Part shown: one piece after another, positions 53,799 through 63,703 of the stretch
How positions within the stretch are numbered: the first letter of the stretch is position 1
Layout of the letters: each line of letters begins with the position of its first letter
Assembly: GCA_963780185.1 (NCBI GenBank)
Contig: CAWABA010000009.1
Span: 1 to 64,000, forward strand
DNA length: 64,000 nt
DNA from: Candidatus Bathyarchaeota archaeon
GTDB lineage: Archaea; Thermoproteota; Bathyarchaeia; Bathyarchaeales; Bathycorpusculaceae
Direction of reading: 5' to 3'
Position numbers and translations under genes: made by a program
Notes under the pieces: generated by a model
Database searches by the model: none
Told to the model about the DNA's origin: nothing
The model's input: only the letters and a program-made list of their open reading frames with translations

Positions 53799-54281
53799 TT
53801 GGTTCACGAGGAAGATGACTTGCCGAAAACTCTTCTAGTCATATACCACTCCAATTCGGGAAGAACTGAAAAAATGGCTTTGCGCTTAGGTAAAGGTGCA
53901 GAGAAGGCTGGTTTGAACGTGGTTTTGAAAAAGGTTGCGGCTTGCACTTTGGATGACTTGGCTGGAGCGGATGGTATAGCTGTGGGTTCGCCTACGCAAT
54001 ACAGCAATGTGGCTTGGCAAGTCAAGAAATTCTTAGATGAGACAACTCTGAGTTTTTACGCGAAGGGCGGCTCGCTTAGAAACAAAGGGTGCGGCTGCTT
54101 CACATCCACGGGAGCATACACCGACGGAAAAGAGTGCCTCAGAATGTTGGAGTTAGCCTTTGGGGTCGCTTTAAAGATGAAAATTGTTCCTGGGGTTATC
54201 CTTGAATCTAAAGATGTGGACGAAGGCAACCTCTCAGCATGCTTCGATTTGGGGCATAAAATAGCCACGGAGATGGCTTAG
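53799..54281 (+). CDS. Flavodoxin/WrbA-like protein
   Basis: YHSNSGRTEKMA and DGIAVGSPT. Confidence 0.85.
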   Translation: MVHEEDDLPKTLLVIYHSNSGRTEKMALRLGKGAEKAGLNVVLKKVAACTLDDLAGADGIAVGSPTQYSNVAWQVKKFLDETTLSFYAKGGSLRNKGCGCFTSTGAYTDGKECLRMLELAFGVALKMKIVPGVILESKDVDEGNLSACFDLGHKIATEMA

Positions 54282-54344
54282 TCAACATCGCTTTTGAATT
54301 TGTCGTGCGGAGGCGCTATAAGCCACGAGCCGTGTATGGCTGGT

Positions 54345-54542
54345 ATGGAACCGAATCAGCAGAGAAGCCAAATCAAGTCGGGCAACCGCGTGAAAATCGT
54401 TTTGAAGCAGGACCAGCGAAGCGGCAAGTTAACCGAAGGCGTCGTCAAAGACATCCTCACCAACAGCTCCACTCACCCACACGGAATCAAGGTGCGGCTA
54501 ACCGACGGCAAAGTCGGCAGAGTACAAACAATAATAAAATAA
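54345..54542 (+). CDS. YwbE-family (DUF2196) protein
   Basis: IVLKQDQRSGKLTEGVVKDILTNSSTHPHGIKVRLTDGKVGRV. Confidence 0.9.
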   Translation: MEPNQQRSQIKSGNRVKIVLKQDQRSGKLTEGVVKDILTNSSTHPHGIKVRLTDGKVGRVQTIIK

Positions 54543-54584
54543 TTTAGCCTTTGGCTATGCTTTGTAGCGGTTTAACTAATTTTA

Positions 54585-54600
54585 GTTAAATCTTTTTGAC
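54585..54600. promoter_or_regulatory. GTYAA-N6-TTGAC operator upstream of the wHTH gene
   Basis: GTTAAatctttTTGAC, 7 bp before the TATA-like CTTAAAAG. Confidence 0.55.
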
Positions 54601-54648
54601 TAACCAACTTAAAAGAATCGTGAGCAAAGGAGTATTCGAGGGAACGAT

Positions 54649-55143
54649 TTGGATAAAGAGCCGCCACAAGAAAGTTTGGAAGAATCAATCTTCAAAACGC
54701 TGAGTCATCAGACGAGAAGAGACATTTTGCGTTTCATCGGCGAACAAAAACAAGCATCATTCACCGAAATCAAAAACAACGTTAGTGTTGAAGACAGCGC
54801 AACGTTATCCTATCACCTTAACACTCTGCAAACGCTTACAACCCAGAAAAACGGGAAATACGCACTCACGGAGATTGGTCAGGATGCTTACGCTTTAATC
54901 AATAAAACCACGGCTTGCGCAGAAACCAATTCAACATTGAACTTTTTGAGAGGCAAATTCCCCCGTGTCATCGTGGCAAACGCTGTCCTGTGGGCGGCAG
55001 CTCTTCTGCTTTCCACAATCTTCGAGAAAAATGGACTGCCGATTTACACCATCATAAGTATGCTCGCTTTGTGGTACATCAGCAACCTCATACTCTCAAG
55101 ACTTCTGACGCGCTTAGGCGGAAAGCCATGCTTCAGTTTTTGA
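54649..55143 (+). CDS. ArsR-like winged-helix regulator with two C-terminal TM helices
   Basis: IFKTLSHQTRRDIL..FTEI..TLSYHL..YALTEIG followed by two hydrophobic segments. Confidence 0.8.
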   Translation: MDKEPPQESLEESIFKTLSHQTRRDILRFIGEQKQASFTEIKNNVSVEDSATLSYHLNTLQTLTTQKNGKYALTEIGQDAYALINKTTACAETNSTLNFLRGKFPRVIVANAVLWAAALLLSTIFEKNGLPIYTIISMLALWYISNLILSRLLTRLGGKPCFSF

Positions 55144-55212
55144 GTACGTGTTGAGAAGAAATTATAAATTTAATAGGGTGACGGCGATATTGGGATTCTG
55201 TTTGGTTTAGCT

Positions 55213-57318
55213 ATGCCGAGGTTCAAGCAGACAGCGCAGATTCAGCAGCTTATGAGCAGAAAAGAGCTTATCCGAAACATCGGCATAATCGCCCACATAG
55301 ACCACGGCAAAACCACGCTTGCCGATTCCCTGCTGGCTGGTGCAGGCTTGATTTCGCCGTCGATGGCTGGGACCGCCCGAGTTCTTGATTATCTTGATGA
55401 AGAGCAGAAACGCAAAATCACGATTAAAACAGCCAACATCACATTGCTCTACAAAACCGCTGAAAACCCCTACATCATAAATCTTGTAGATACCCCCGGG
55501 CATGTTGACTTCACAGGAAAAGTGACCAGAGCCCTGCGTGTTATCGATGGTGCCGTGGTAGTTGTGGATGCGGTTGAGGAGATTATGGCTCAAACCGAAA
55601 TCGTAACCCGACAGGCGCTTGAAGAACGGGTTTGCCCCGTGCTCTTCATCAACAAGGTTGATAGGCTGATTACTGAGTTGCAGTTAAACGAGGAGCAAAT
55701 CCAAAAGAAACTTGACCACATAATCAGCGGCTTCAACGACCTCATTCAACTTTACGCTCAGGAACCGTTTAGAAGCCGATGGAAGGTCGATGCTAACTTG
55801 GGAAACGTGGCTTTTGGCTCTGCACTGCACGGCTGGGGTTTCACGATGAACATGGCTAAGCAGAGAGGCGTAAAGTTTTCAGACATCATCAAGGCTTATC
55901 AGCAGGGCGCAAGCGTGAAACTGCAGAAGAATCTACCCGTTTACGAAGCCATTTTCGAAATGGCAATCAAGAAAATTCCAGACCCGCGCCAAGCCCAAGC
56001 CTACAGAATCGAGGAGATTTGGGATGGACAGGTTGGCTCACCGATTGGGAAAGCCCTAATTGATTGCAGCGACGATGGACCAGCGGTTTTCTGCGTAACC
56101 AACGTTCACTCCGACGGAAAAGGCGGCACCCTTGCAACGGGCAGGCTATTCTCAGGGAAACTTGTGAAGGGTGAGCGGTTGCATCTTGTTGATGCTTTGG
56201 CTGAAACGGTGGTTAATCAGGTTTCTGTGGATATGGGTTCGCTTAGGGAAGAGGTGGATTGGGTTTCAGCGGGCAACTTGGCGTCGTTGAGCTTGAGTGG
56301 CGACGTTAAAGCTGGCGAAACCCTCGTTGACTTGGAGCATAAAGCCGATATGGTTCCTTTCGAAGGCATAAGCTACGTCTCCGAACCCGTCGTTACCTTG
56401 GCGGTTGAACCGAAAAACCCAAGAGAAATTCCCCTCCTGCTTGAGGCGCTGCAGAAGCTTGCAACCGAAGACCCCAACCTCAAAGTCGCCGCAGACAAAG
56501 ACACTGGCGAGTACCTGCTTAGCGGCATGGGTGAGTTGCATTTGGAAGTCGCGGTCAACCAGCTTAAAGGTAGCGGCTTGGATGTCACGGTTTCTTCGCC
56601 CCGCGTTGTCTACATGGAAAGTGTTGAGAAGGGCGGGGTGGTGGCTTTGGCGAAGAGTCCCGATAAGAAAAGCAGTTTTTGGGTGCAAGTTGCGCCTGAC
56701 GGGCAGGAAATTGAAGGGCAAGTGAGCATTCTGTCGGTTGATGAGCACCGCAATGTGCTGCTGGATTGCAGCGGAAAAGCCGAGCCCCTCTCCGAGGAAG
56801 TTTTGGAGGCACTCATCGGCGCTTTTGAGTTCGCATGCAAGGCTGGTCCACTATGCGGTGAACCCGTACGGCACTTGAAAGTAAGTTTGGTTGATTTCCA
56901 ATTGGGCAGCGAATTCGACTGTGACCAAGTTATGCGTGGAGTAGGAAAAGCAGTTTTCGGCTCTTTCCTGTCGGCGCCGCCTGTGCTGCTTGAGCCCATC
57001 TACAAAATAGTGCTAACCGTCTCGTCTGAGCTTGCCAGTGAAACCTCAAGAATACTTGCTACAAGACGCGGAAAAGTCACCCTTTTTGAACAAAAGGGGC
57101 TTCAAGCAGTCATCAGCGGCTTCATCCCCGTTTCTGAAACCTTCGGCTTCTCAAAAGAACTAAGGACGACAACGTCAGGCAGGGCTTTTTGGCAATCTTT
57201 CTTTGACCACTGGGAAAAAATGCCTCAAAAACTATCTTCAGAGGTCATCGGCGATTTGCGTCGACGCAAAGGATTGTCGCCTGAAGTGCCTAAGCCAGAA
57301 AAGTTCCTGGAGCAGTAA
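55213..57318 (+). CDS. Elongation factor 2 paralogue (aEF-2p-like), no diphthamide HRG motif
   Basis: AHIDHGKTT, DTPGH, NKVD, GSALHGW, GMGELHLE, GPLCGEP and LLEP; the domain IV tip reads DFQLGSEFDCDQV. Confidence 0.85.
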   Translation: MPRFKQTAQIQQLMSRKELIRNIGIIAHIDHGKTTLADSLLAGAGLISPSMAGTARVLDYLDEEQKRKITIKTANITLLYKTAENPYIINLVDTPGHVDFTGKVTRALRVIDGAVVVVDAVEEIMAQTEIVTRQALEERVCPVLFINKVDRLITELQLNEEQIQKKLDHIISGFNDLIQLYAQEPFRSRWKVDANLGNVAFGSALHGWGFTMNMAKQRGVKFSDIIKAYQQGASVKLQKNLPVYEAIFEMAIKKIPDPRQAQAYRIEEIWDGQVGSPIGKALIDCSDDGPAVFCVTNVHSDGKGGTLATGRLFSGKLVKGERLHLVDALAETVVNQVSVDMGSLREEVDWVSAGNLASLSLSGDVKAGETLVDLEHKADMVPFEGISYVSEPVVTLAVEPKNPREIPLLLEALQKLATEDPNLKVAADKDTGEYLLSGMGELHLEVAVNQLKGSGLDVTVSSPRVVYMESVEKGGVVALAKSPDKKSSFWVQVAPDGQEIEGQVSILSVDEHRNVLLDCSGKAEPLSEEVLEALIGAFEFACKAGPLCGEPVRHLKVSLVDFQLGSEFDCDQVMRGVGKAVFGSFLSAPPVLLEPIYKIVLTVSSELASETSRILATRRGKVTLFEQKGLQAVISGFIPVSETFGFSKELRTTTSGRAFWQSFFDHWEKMPQKLSSEVIGDLRRRKGLSPEVPKPEKFLEQ

Positions 57319-57323
57319 CGGCA

Positions 57324-58184
57324 ATGCGCCTCAGCGTCGCGTTCGACTTGGATTTTTCTCTCTGCTGCGGACAGGTTTTCAGATGGAAGAAAACCGACGG
57401 CTGGTGGTATGGAGTAGTCGGAGAAAACGCGTTTAAGATTCGACAATGCGGCGCCGAATTGGAGTTCGAGGGCGTCGACGCCGAGTTTGTGACCCGCTAT
57501 TTCGGCTTAAACGATGACCTAGCCCAAATCAGCCAATGCATCGGCAAAGACCCTTACATCCGCAGGGCGCTCCAGCAATTTGAAGGGCTACGGATTGTCC
57601 GCCAAGACCCCTGGGAATGCCTCATCAGCTTCATCTGCGCAACCTACAAAAGCATTGCAGCCATCCAAATGATGCTGCGAAAGATTTCTGAGAAATTCGG
57701 CGAAAAGAAAAATTTCGACGGAAGACCTTTTTACATTTTTCCGTCAGCTGAGAAGTTGGCTTTGGCTAGCGAGAACGGTTTGAAAGAATGCGGCTTAGGT
57801 TACCGAGCGAAGTATGTGCAGGCAACCGCCAAAAAAATCCGTCAAGAAGAAATAGAGCTTGAAAGTCTCAAAACCCTGCCTTACGTTGACGCGAGAAAGA
57901 CCCTTATTGAGTTTCCCGGAGTCGGGTTGAAGGTGGCTGATTGCGTGCTGCTGTTTTCACTTGAAAAAACCGAGGCTTTCCCCGTGGATGTCTGGGTTAA
58001 ACGCGTGCTCCTAAACCATTACGCAAAAGAGTTTCCAGAAGAGCTCGTACGAAAACTTTCCGCCCACCCATCCTTGACCAACGGCGAATATGAGAAACTC
58101 AACGCTTGGGGAAGGAGCTACTTTGGCAAATACGCAGGTTACGCCCAAGAATACCTGTTCCATTACGAGCGAACCCAGCGTTAG
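57324..58184 (+). CDS. 8-oxoguanine DNA glycosylase (OGG1-like, HhH-GPD)
   Basis: CGQVFRW, GLRIVRQDPWECLISFI, GLGYRA, GVGLKVADC, FPVDVW, AGYAQEYLF. Confidence 0.9.
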   Translation: MRLSVAFDLDFSLCCGQVFRWKKTDGWWYGVVGENAFKIRQCGAELEFEGVDAEFVTRYFGLNDDLAQISQCIGKDPYIRRALQQFEGLRIVRQDPWECLISFICATYKSIAAIQMMLRKISEKFGEKKNFDGRPFYIFPSAEKLALASENGLKECGLGYRAKYVQATAKKIRQEEIELESLKTLPYVDARKTLIEFPGVGLKVADCVLLFSLEKTEAFPVDVWVKRVLLNHYAKEFPEELVRKLSAHPSLTNGEYEKLNAWGRSYFGKYAGYAQEYLFHYERTQR

Positions 58185-58262
58185 ACTGCTTGGCGTTTAA
58201 GAAAGATTCAAATAATAAATGCTGTTATTCAAGCAACTCTAGCTAAAATTAGGGTGTTTGGC

Positions 58263-58523
58263 ATGGCGACTGAAGAGGGTAAACTTAACCAGTTAATTAG
58301 GCAAAAAAGGGTTTTTCTGAGGGATACTTTGAAGGATTATTCTTCGGGCGGCAACGACATGCTTGACGACATGGCGTCGGCGCTTGGGGAAGCGAAGGCA
58401 GAGCTTACCCACCGCTTGGAGGCTGCTAGTTGCTTGCGGGAAGAAGAGGGCGAAGATGCTTGGCGCAAAGAATGCCTCTCATTTTATACGATATGGTTTG
58501 AAAAATGGTTCGGTGCACCTTAA
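58263..58523 (+). CDS. Hypothetical protein
   Basis: 86-aa ORF ending WFEKWFG. Confidence 0.55.
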   Translation: MATEEGKLNQLIRQKRVFLRDTLKDYSSGGNDMLDDMASALGEAKAELTHRLEAASCLREEEGEDAWRKECLSFYTIWFEKWFGAP

Positions 58524-60176
58524 CTACTGCGTTTTCTTTATTACTCGTACGAAGGTGCCGATTACCGCGGCTGCCAAAACGAGTAATCCTGCGATGATTG
58601 CTATCTGAAGCGGACCTATAGTTGTAGTTGATGCCTTTCCCGTACCCCCGAACACGATTGACACTTGGTGGGTACTGAAGTGTGTTGTGAACCATACGTA
58701 ATAATTGTCGGCGTCTTGGCTGCAGCCTTGGTTTTCAGCTTTCTCATGGTCAATGTAGATTGTCGGCGCCGCACCATACGGCACCTCGTTTTTGGGAATG
58801 GTTAAGTTGCAAAAGCCCCAGTCGCCCGCCTGCCCTGTAACGGTGAAGTTGATGGTGGTTTCAGCGCTTGACTGGTCGGTTACGAGGGTGGCGTTGGATA
58901 TCTGCGGGGTGGTTATGTTGCCGCTGAAGCTAAGGCTAAGGCTGGTTCCGTTGGTTTTAGCAACTTCTATGATTGATGGAGAAAGCGAAGGAGCGGGTTG
59001 AGGAATTGCAGGCAGCGGAATTGCATTGTCAAAGGCATAAAGGCAGCCATAGAACGAAGCTATGTAGATCTCTCCGTTGTCGGCGGCTGGGCTGGACGAA
59101 ATTACTGAGCCGTTGTCGCCGAAAATAGGTAGTTGAAAACTTCCACAGTTTAGCGCCATCTGTCGCGTTTATGGCATATACCATTCCGTCCCATGTCCCA
59201 AAGTAGACTACACCGCCTGCTACAGCTGGAGAATCGCTTATACCCCATCCTGAATCGGTCGTGAAGTTCCAGAGTTTGTTGCCGTCGGAGGCGTTTAAGG
59301 CGTAGAGGTTGCCGTTGTTTGACCCTGCGTAGAGGACGCCGTTTGTGATTGCTGGGCTCCCCGTCCAAGCCGCATTAGGAATACTGTACTCCCAAACTTT
59401 CACGCCACTCTTCAGGTTTAAGGCAACAAAGTTTTCCCAGCCTTCACTTATGTAAACTAAACCTTTGTAAACCGACGGTGACCCACCTTCACCAGTGGCG
59501 TAACTCCAGAGTTCTGCTCCAGAGACAGCGTTCAATGCACAAACTTTTCCATCTGCTCCATCTTCGCTGAAGACCACGGTGTTGCCGCAGACTGCCGGTG
59601 CACCGTTTATTTCACCAGATAAGACGCAGTTCCAGAGTTGCTTACCGCTGGCCGCATCTAACGCGTAGAAACGGTTGTCAACGCCGTAATATGCGCCTGA
59701 GCTGCCTGCGTAGACGACTCCGTTGGCGACTGTTGGGTCTGGCAAAACTTCGGGTTGAGTTGAATATCCAAAGCAGCTTGCCTGTAGACGCGTTCAAGGC
59801 GTACATGGCGTAGTTTGCTCCAATGAACACTCTGCCCTCGGCAACCGCGGGGCTAGACGAAATCTCATCGACTCCGTATCGCCAGATGAATGCACCGGTT
59901 GTAGCGTTGAAAGCGTCAACGTAACTTTTCCAGTTGCCAAATGCGCCGTCGCCTAACCCGATGTAAACCACCCCGTCTACCACGATAGGCGAAGGTGTAA
60001 TAGGGTTGTTAGGTGTCGAGTAATTCCACAGTTGTTTTGGCTCAAGAACAGGGTTGCCGTCTCCACGCTCCGCTGTGGATTGAGTCGTGACCCGTCATCG
60101 ACCAATTTGCATTGGCGAATGGAACAATAATTACGCTGACCAGTACGAATATGCAAATGGCAGCTTTAGCGTTCAT
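58524..60176 (-). CDS. Secreted PQQ-like beta-propeller repeat protein with C-terminal membrane anchor (frameshifts)
   Basis: Signal peptide, repeated SSPAV..GVVY.G..YALNA.TG..LW units, conserved YVWFTTHFSTH domain and a C-terminal TM. Confidence 0.8.
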
Positions 60177-60223
60177 GTTATTCCACAATTTCATTTCCCT
60201 GTCTTTTCAATAAAAGACTTTTC

Positions 60224-60263
60224 GTCAAGGTTTCTTGACTCGGGGCAGTCAATTTTTCTTGAC
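60224..60263. promoter_or_regulatory. Tandem GTCAA-N6-TTGAC operator
   Basis: Two perfect sites, GTCAAggtttcTTGAC and GTCAAtttttcTTGAC, 24 bp apart upstream of the beta-propeller gene. Confidence 0.72.
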
Positions 60264-60368
60264 TTGATTTTTAGGCTCTCTTTAAGTGTGTTTGTGGCTT
60301 AGTCAATTGTTGCCTGCGGAAAATGTTTAAATGGGGTTTGAAACAGCATTACTAATCAAAAGCTTAGT

Positions 60369-60442
60369 GGGCCCGTAGCTCAGCTCGGTAGAGCGCCAGA
60401 CTCATAATCTGTTGGTCAGGTGTTCAAATCACCTCGGGCCCA
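60369..60442 (+). tRNA. tRNA with CAT anticodon, most likely tRNA-Ile2 (agmatidine type)
   Basis: GGGCCCG acceptor stem typical of archaeal Ile tRNAs, CTCATAA loop, TTCAAAT T-loop; CCA not encoded. Confidence 0.85.
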
Positions 60443-60460
60443 CATCAAACTCAAAAAGCT

Positions 60461-60997
60461 TTGGTTTGGGTGAAGCCTGCTCTGAAACAATCAAATCCAG
60501 CCTACAAAACGTTGTCGTTTGTTAAGGGTCACCAGTTGATGATCGGTTTGCTGCTGGTTTTCTTCGGAGTCGGCGACCTGTGGTTTGTTATGCCGAACCT
60601 CTACGGCACCCTACACGGATTCTACGTGAACTGGCAAATCATCCGCTTCTACATGCCCGAATGGACCCTAACAATTCCCATTATATTCATACTGACTTTG
60701 ATTGGAACGTTGATGCTTACAGTTTACTGCATACGGGACATTCAGGCTGCGGGAGTTGACTACAAGGAGCACGCCGCCGTGCTGGTGACGACGCTCGGGT
60801 TCACCTATCTGGTAATCGGGGCTTGGCCTCTGTGGATCCAACGGTACCCCTGGGAGTGGCAACAGGAAATCGCAAACTACGGAAACCTGCTTACACTGCC
60901 CCTTTTCGCTGGCAGCCTTGTGGCGCTGATAGCTGGATCGGTTTCATTATACATTCACAGCAAAATCTATCACGAACGGCATCCAGAGTTAACTTAA
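60461..60997 (+). CDS. Hypothetical four-TM membrane protein
   Basis: Four hydrophobic segments. Confidence 0.65.
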   Translation: MVWVKPALKQSNPAYKTLSFVKGHQLMIGLLLVFFGVGDLWFVMPNLYGTLHGFYVNWQIIRFYMPEWTLTIPIIFILTLIGTLMLTVYCIRDIQAAGVDYKEHAAVLVTTLGFTYLVIGAWPLWIQRYPWEWQQEIANYGNLLTLPLFAGSLVALIAGSVSLYIHSKIYHERHPELT

Positions 60998-61063
60998 GAC
61001 TAATAGAAATTGGCTAAATTCCTAAACAATGAAGTGCCTGACAAAAAAATTAGTGAACCCAAA

Positions 61064-61237
61064 CTATTCGTGGAAAAACGTTTTCTTTCTATGCAATAGG
61101 CTGTCGGGAGTGGCTTTGACTGCTGGCGCAACCTTAAGGATTGGGTTGCCTTCCGCCTCATACTCCACTGAAAGCCCATATTGCCTCTGCGTGCTTAATG
61201 CTAATTCAACTGCGGCAAGAATCTCTTTGTTTCCCAT
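61064..61237 (-). CDS. Small hypothetical protein (57 aa)
   Basis: MGNKEILAAVELALSTQRQYGLSVEYEAEGNPILKV..; 16 bp downstream of the wHTH gene. Confidence 0.45.
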   Translation of the reverse strand: MGNKEILAAVELALSTQRQYGLSVEYEAEGNPILKVAPAVKATPDSLLHRKKTFFHE

Positions 61238-61253
61238 TCTATGTCGCTCCGTT

Positions 61254-61697
61254 TCAGGTTGGTTTGGGGTTTAGTTTTCTCTGAAGGAGCAGGCCTTCGA
61301 TGAGGAAAAGAACCATGGCTGCCCCCGTCATGCCTGTTAAGAAGAGGAAGCTGACTTGAACAACTATATCTTTTATTAGGATGCTCAGCAATAATATTGA
61401 TATCTCGGCTGCGAAAGCGCCTAGAAAAAAGAAGGAGTAGAACATCAAGCGGGGTACGAGGTTTTTGCCGACCCAGACGTGCCCGTTGATGTTTGTTTTC
61501 TCCTTTAAGATGTAGTCGCCATAACTGTTTTTTTCGATTAAGCCAAGTTCTTCAAGTTTCTGCAGGTGCCTGTATGCGACGCTTGTGCTGCTTAGGCTTG
61601 CGCCTCTGGTTACGTCCCGTGTTCCCACTGGCTTAGCTGCGTGGACAATGTATGCGTAGACGGTTAATGTGTTGCCTTCGAGTTCGTCGTTAGCCAA
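61254..61697 (-). CDS. Winged-helix regulator with two C-terminal TM helices
   Basis: LEGNTLTVYAYI..GTRDV..LSSTSVAYRHLQKLEELGLIEK followed by two hydrophobic helices. Confidence 0.8.
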   Translation of the reverse strand: MANDELEGNTLTVYAYIVHAAKPVGTRDVTRGASLSSTSVAYRHLQKLEELGLIEKNSYGDYILKEKTNINGHVWVGKNLVPRLMFYSFFFLGAFAAEISILLLSILIKDIVVQVSFLFLTGMTGAAMVLFLIEGLLLQRKLNPKPT

Positions 61698-61709
61698 TTT
61701 TGCATCGAC

Positions 61710-62639
61710 CTATGGTGTGGTGTCAGTGGAGTTTCTTGGAATTAATGTTGTCACTGGAGGTGATGTTGTTTGCCAAGCTCCTGTGGGATTTGACGGTGTC
61801 TGCATCGGGAATGGCGCTTCTCCCTGCGTATAGGTGCCGTAGACGAATCCGTTGGTTGCCTTTGTAAGGACTATGTGCTGCAGGACTTGGTTGCTTGATG
61901 GCATGTTGACTGTGACGTTGCCGTTGTAGCTGACTGAGCAGATTCTGCTTACGTCGATGTATAGTGTTTTAGCGTTTCTAAGTTCAGTTATTACTTGATT
62001 TGAGTTTGCTCCGTTGTAGTTCTCTATGTAGGCTCCGAAAATTCCTGTAGTGAAGGTTTGGTTGGTTGATCCTTCTGGCAGACTGCTGCTGTTACCGACG
62101 AGTATGGCTAATCCTCCCGATCCACCGCAGTAGCCATTGTAGTTGGGAATCCCGTTGTAGGTAACGCCGTTTGCAAAGGTGAAGTGATTGCCTCCCAAGC
62201 CTGTTATAGCCATGTATCCTCCGCCTGGAATGCCTGGAATGTTGTTTATGCTTCCGTGAAAGCCTAAGTCCTCTATGGTTGAAGAGACAGAGTAGCTTAT
62301 GTTCGCGATTGGTCCTTGGTCAGAGGAGATTTGGAACTGGTAGTATTCTATTTTGGCGTCTGCACCTTGGAGGGCCATGCCGGCAGGGGTCAAAGTGAAG
62401 TTTGCGAGTCCATTGATATCAACGCCGTCCCATGACACGGTGTTGTTTGCGCCGCTTTGTTCAAGGTTAACGTAGACGTATGGGACGTTGACGTTGAACC
62501 ATGGCGTGAATGCTGTTTGCGCGTTTACCTGTTGCTCAGCAGCCATCATATATTCCAGTGGCACAATTGTTGCTACTCCGATTGCTATGGCGAGTATTCC
62601 GCAAAGTATCAGTTTTTTCTCGATCATTTGGTTTTTCAC
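61710..62639 (-). CDS. Secreted or N-terminally anchored protein
   Basis: KKLILCGILAIAIGVATIVPLEY signal-anchor; N/T/G-rich body. Confidence 0.7.
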   Translation of the reverse strand: MKNQMIEKKLILCGILAIAIGVATIVPLEYMMAAEQQVNAQTAFTPWFNVNVPYVYVNLEQSGANNTVSWDGVDINGLANFTLTPAGMALQGADAKIEYYQFQISSDQGPIANISYSVSSTIEDLGFHGSINNIPGIPGGGYMAITGLGGNHFTFANGVTYNGIPNYNGYCGGSGGLAILVGNSSSLPEGSTNQTFTTGIFGAYIENYNGANSNQVITELRNAKTLYIDVSRICSVSYNGNVTVNMPSSNQVLQHIVLTKATNGFVYGTYTQGEAPFPMQTPSNPTGAWQTTSPPVTTLIPRNSTDTTP

Positions 62640-62782
62640 CGCTCAGCTAAGTGGCTAGGCGCCTAATAATGCTCCCCCAAGAACACAACTGTTCTAAACT
62701 GTTCCCTAACTGTTCTCAAAGAGAACACCGCTAAAGACTGCGGAAAAAATGGCTTAAGCTAAAGAAAGGAACCTGTCAAAAT

Positions 62783-63520
62783 TCACTTTTGCGGGTTTTT
62801 CCAAAGTTTCCTAAAAACCAGTACACCAACAACCAATGCCAGGGTAATTCCTGCTATTTCATCCACAATGTAGTGCTGTTTAATGAATAAGGTAGACAAA
62901 ACGACTCCCACCGTGATAAATAGCGCTAGGAACGCGGTTGCCTTGGTGACCGTGCTTGGTTTGGTTTTGCTGTACTGGAACCATGTGAAGAAGCATATCG
63001 TTGAGACGGCGGCGTGTAAGCTGGGGAAGCAGTTGAAGGAAGTGTCATTTGCAAAGGTGTTATAAACCTGAGTCGCCCAAAAATTGCCCACCATTGGATT
63101 CGCAAGCAGTTCTTGGCGGTACCAGAAAGTGGAAACTGGAAAAACAATGTAGACTAGAACCGCGATGCCGTTGATAGCTACAAGCGACCAGCCCAATGCA
63201 TAACCTTTTTTGTACTCGACAAAAGCAAAATAAAGCATTGTCAAAATGACAAGCGGATAAAACAAGTACACATAGAAAAGAACCATTTCGGGAACAAAAG
63301 GAATCGCGGTGTCCAACCCAGTTTGAAGCCTAAACCCTGAGCCAGCCTTGTAAAGTTGCCCAGTCCAATCGTAGGCTACGTTGTTGAGCAGCAGATAAAA
63401 CAGGACAAGCATCAAAAACACGTTGGCGAGGACAAAAGTCAAGTAAACGCTTTTTTTGCTGGATTTGCCGCGGAAAAAAATCTTTTCAACTGCGATTTGG
63501 AATCTGTCGTGAAGCCCCAA
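62783..63520 (-). CDS. PAP2-superfamily membrane enzyme (IPC-synthase-like)
   Basis: IPFVP, NCFPSLHAA, STLFIKQHYIVD. Confidence 0.85.
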   Translation of the reverse strand: MGLHDRFQIAVEKIFFRGKSSKKSVYLTFVLANVFLMLVLFYLLLNNVAYDWTGQLYKAGSGFRLQTGLDTAIPFVPEMVLFYVYLFYPLVILTMLYFAFVEYKKGYALGWSLVAINGIAVLVYIVFPVSTFWYRQELLANPMVGNFWATQVYNTFANDTSFNCFPSLHAAVSTICFFTWFQYSKTKPSTVTKATAFLALFITVGVVLSTLFIKQHYIVDEIAGITLALVVGVLVFRKLWKNPQK

Positions 63521-63703
63521 CTCTCTTTTCCCCTTTAGCCAATGCCAAAGTGAATGCTAAATATAAAAGCGTAATCTAACTTTGGCTGCAGACGCCTTGT
63601 CGCTACACTGGTTGTTGGATTTAGTAACGAGTACGATTGCTGGGTTCTCCAAAACTTTCGCGCTCGGAAAATAGGAAAGAGAAGACTCTGCTTTGTCTTG
63701 GGG

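Noticed and set aside
60369-60442. tRNA-Met call
   Set aside because: The GGGCCCG acceptor stem and the lack of initiator features favour Ile2, though this is not proven.
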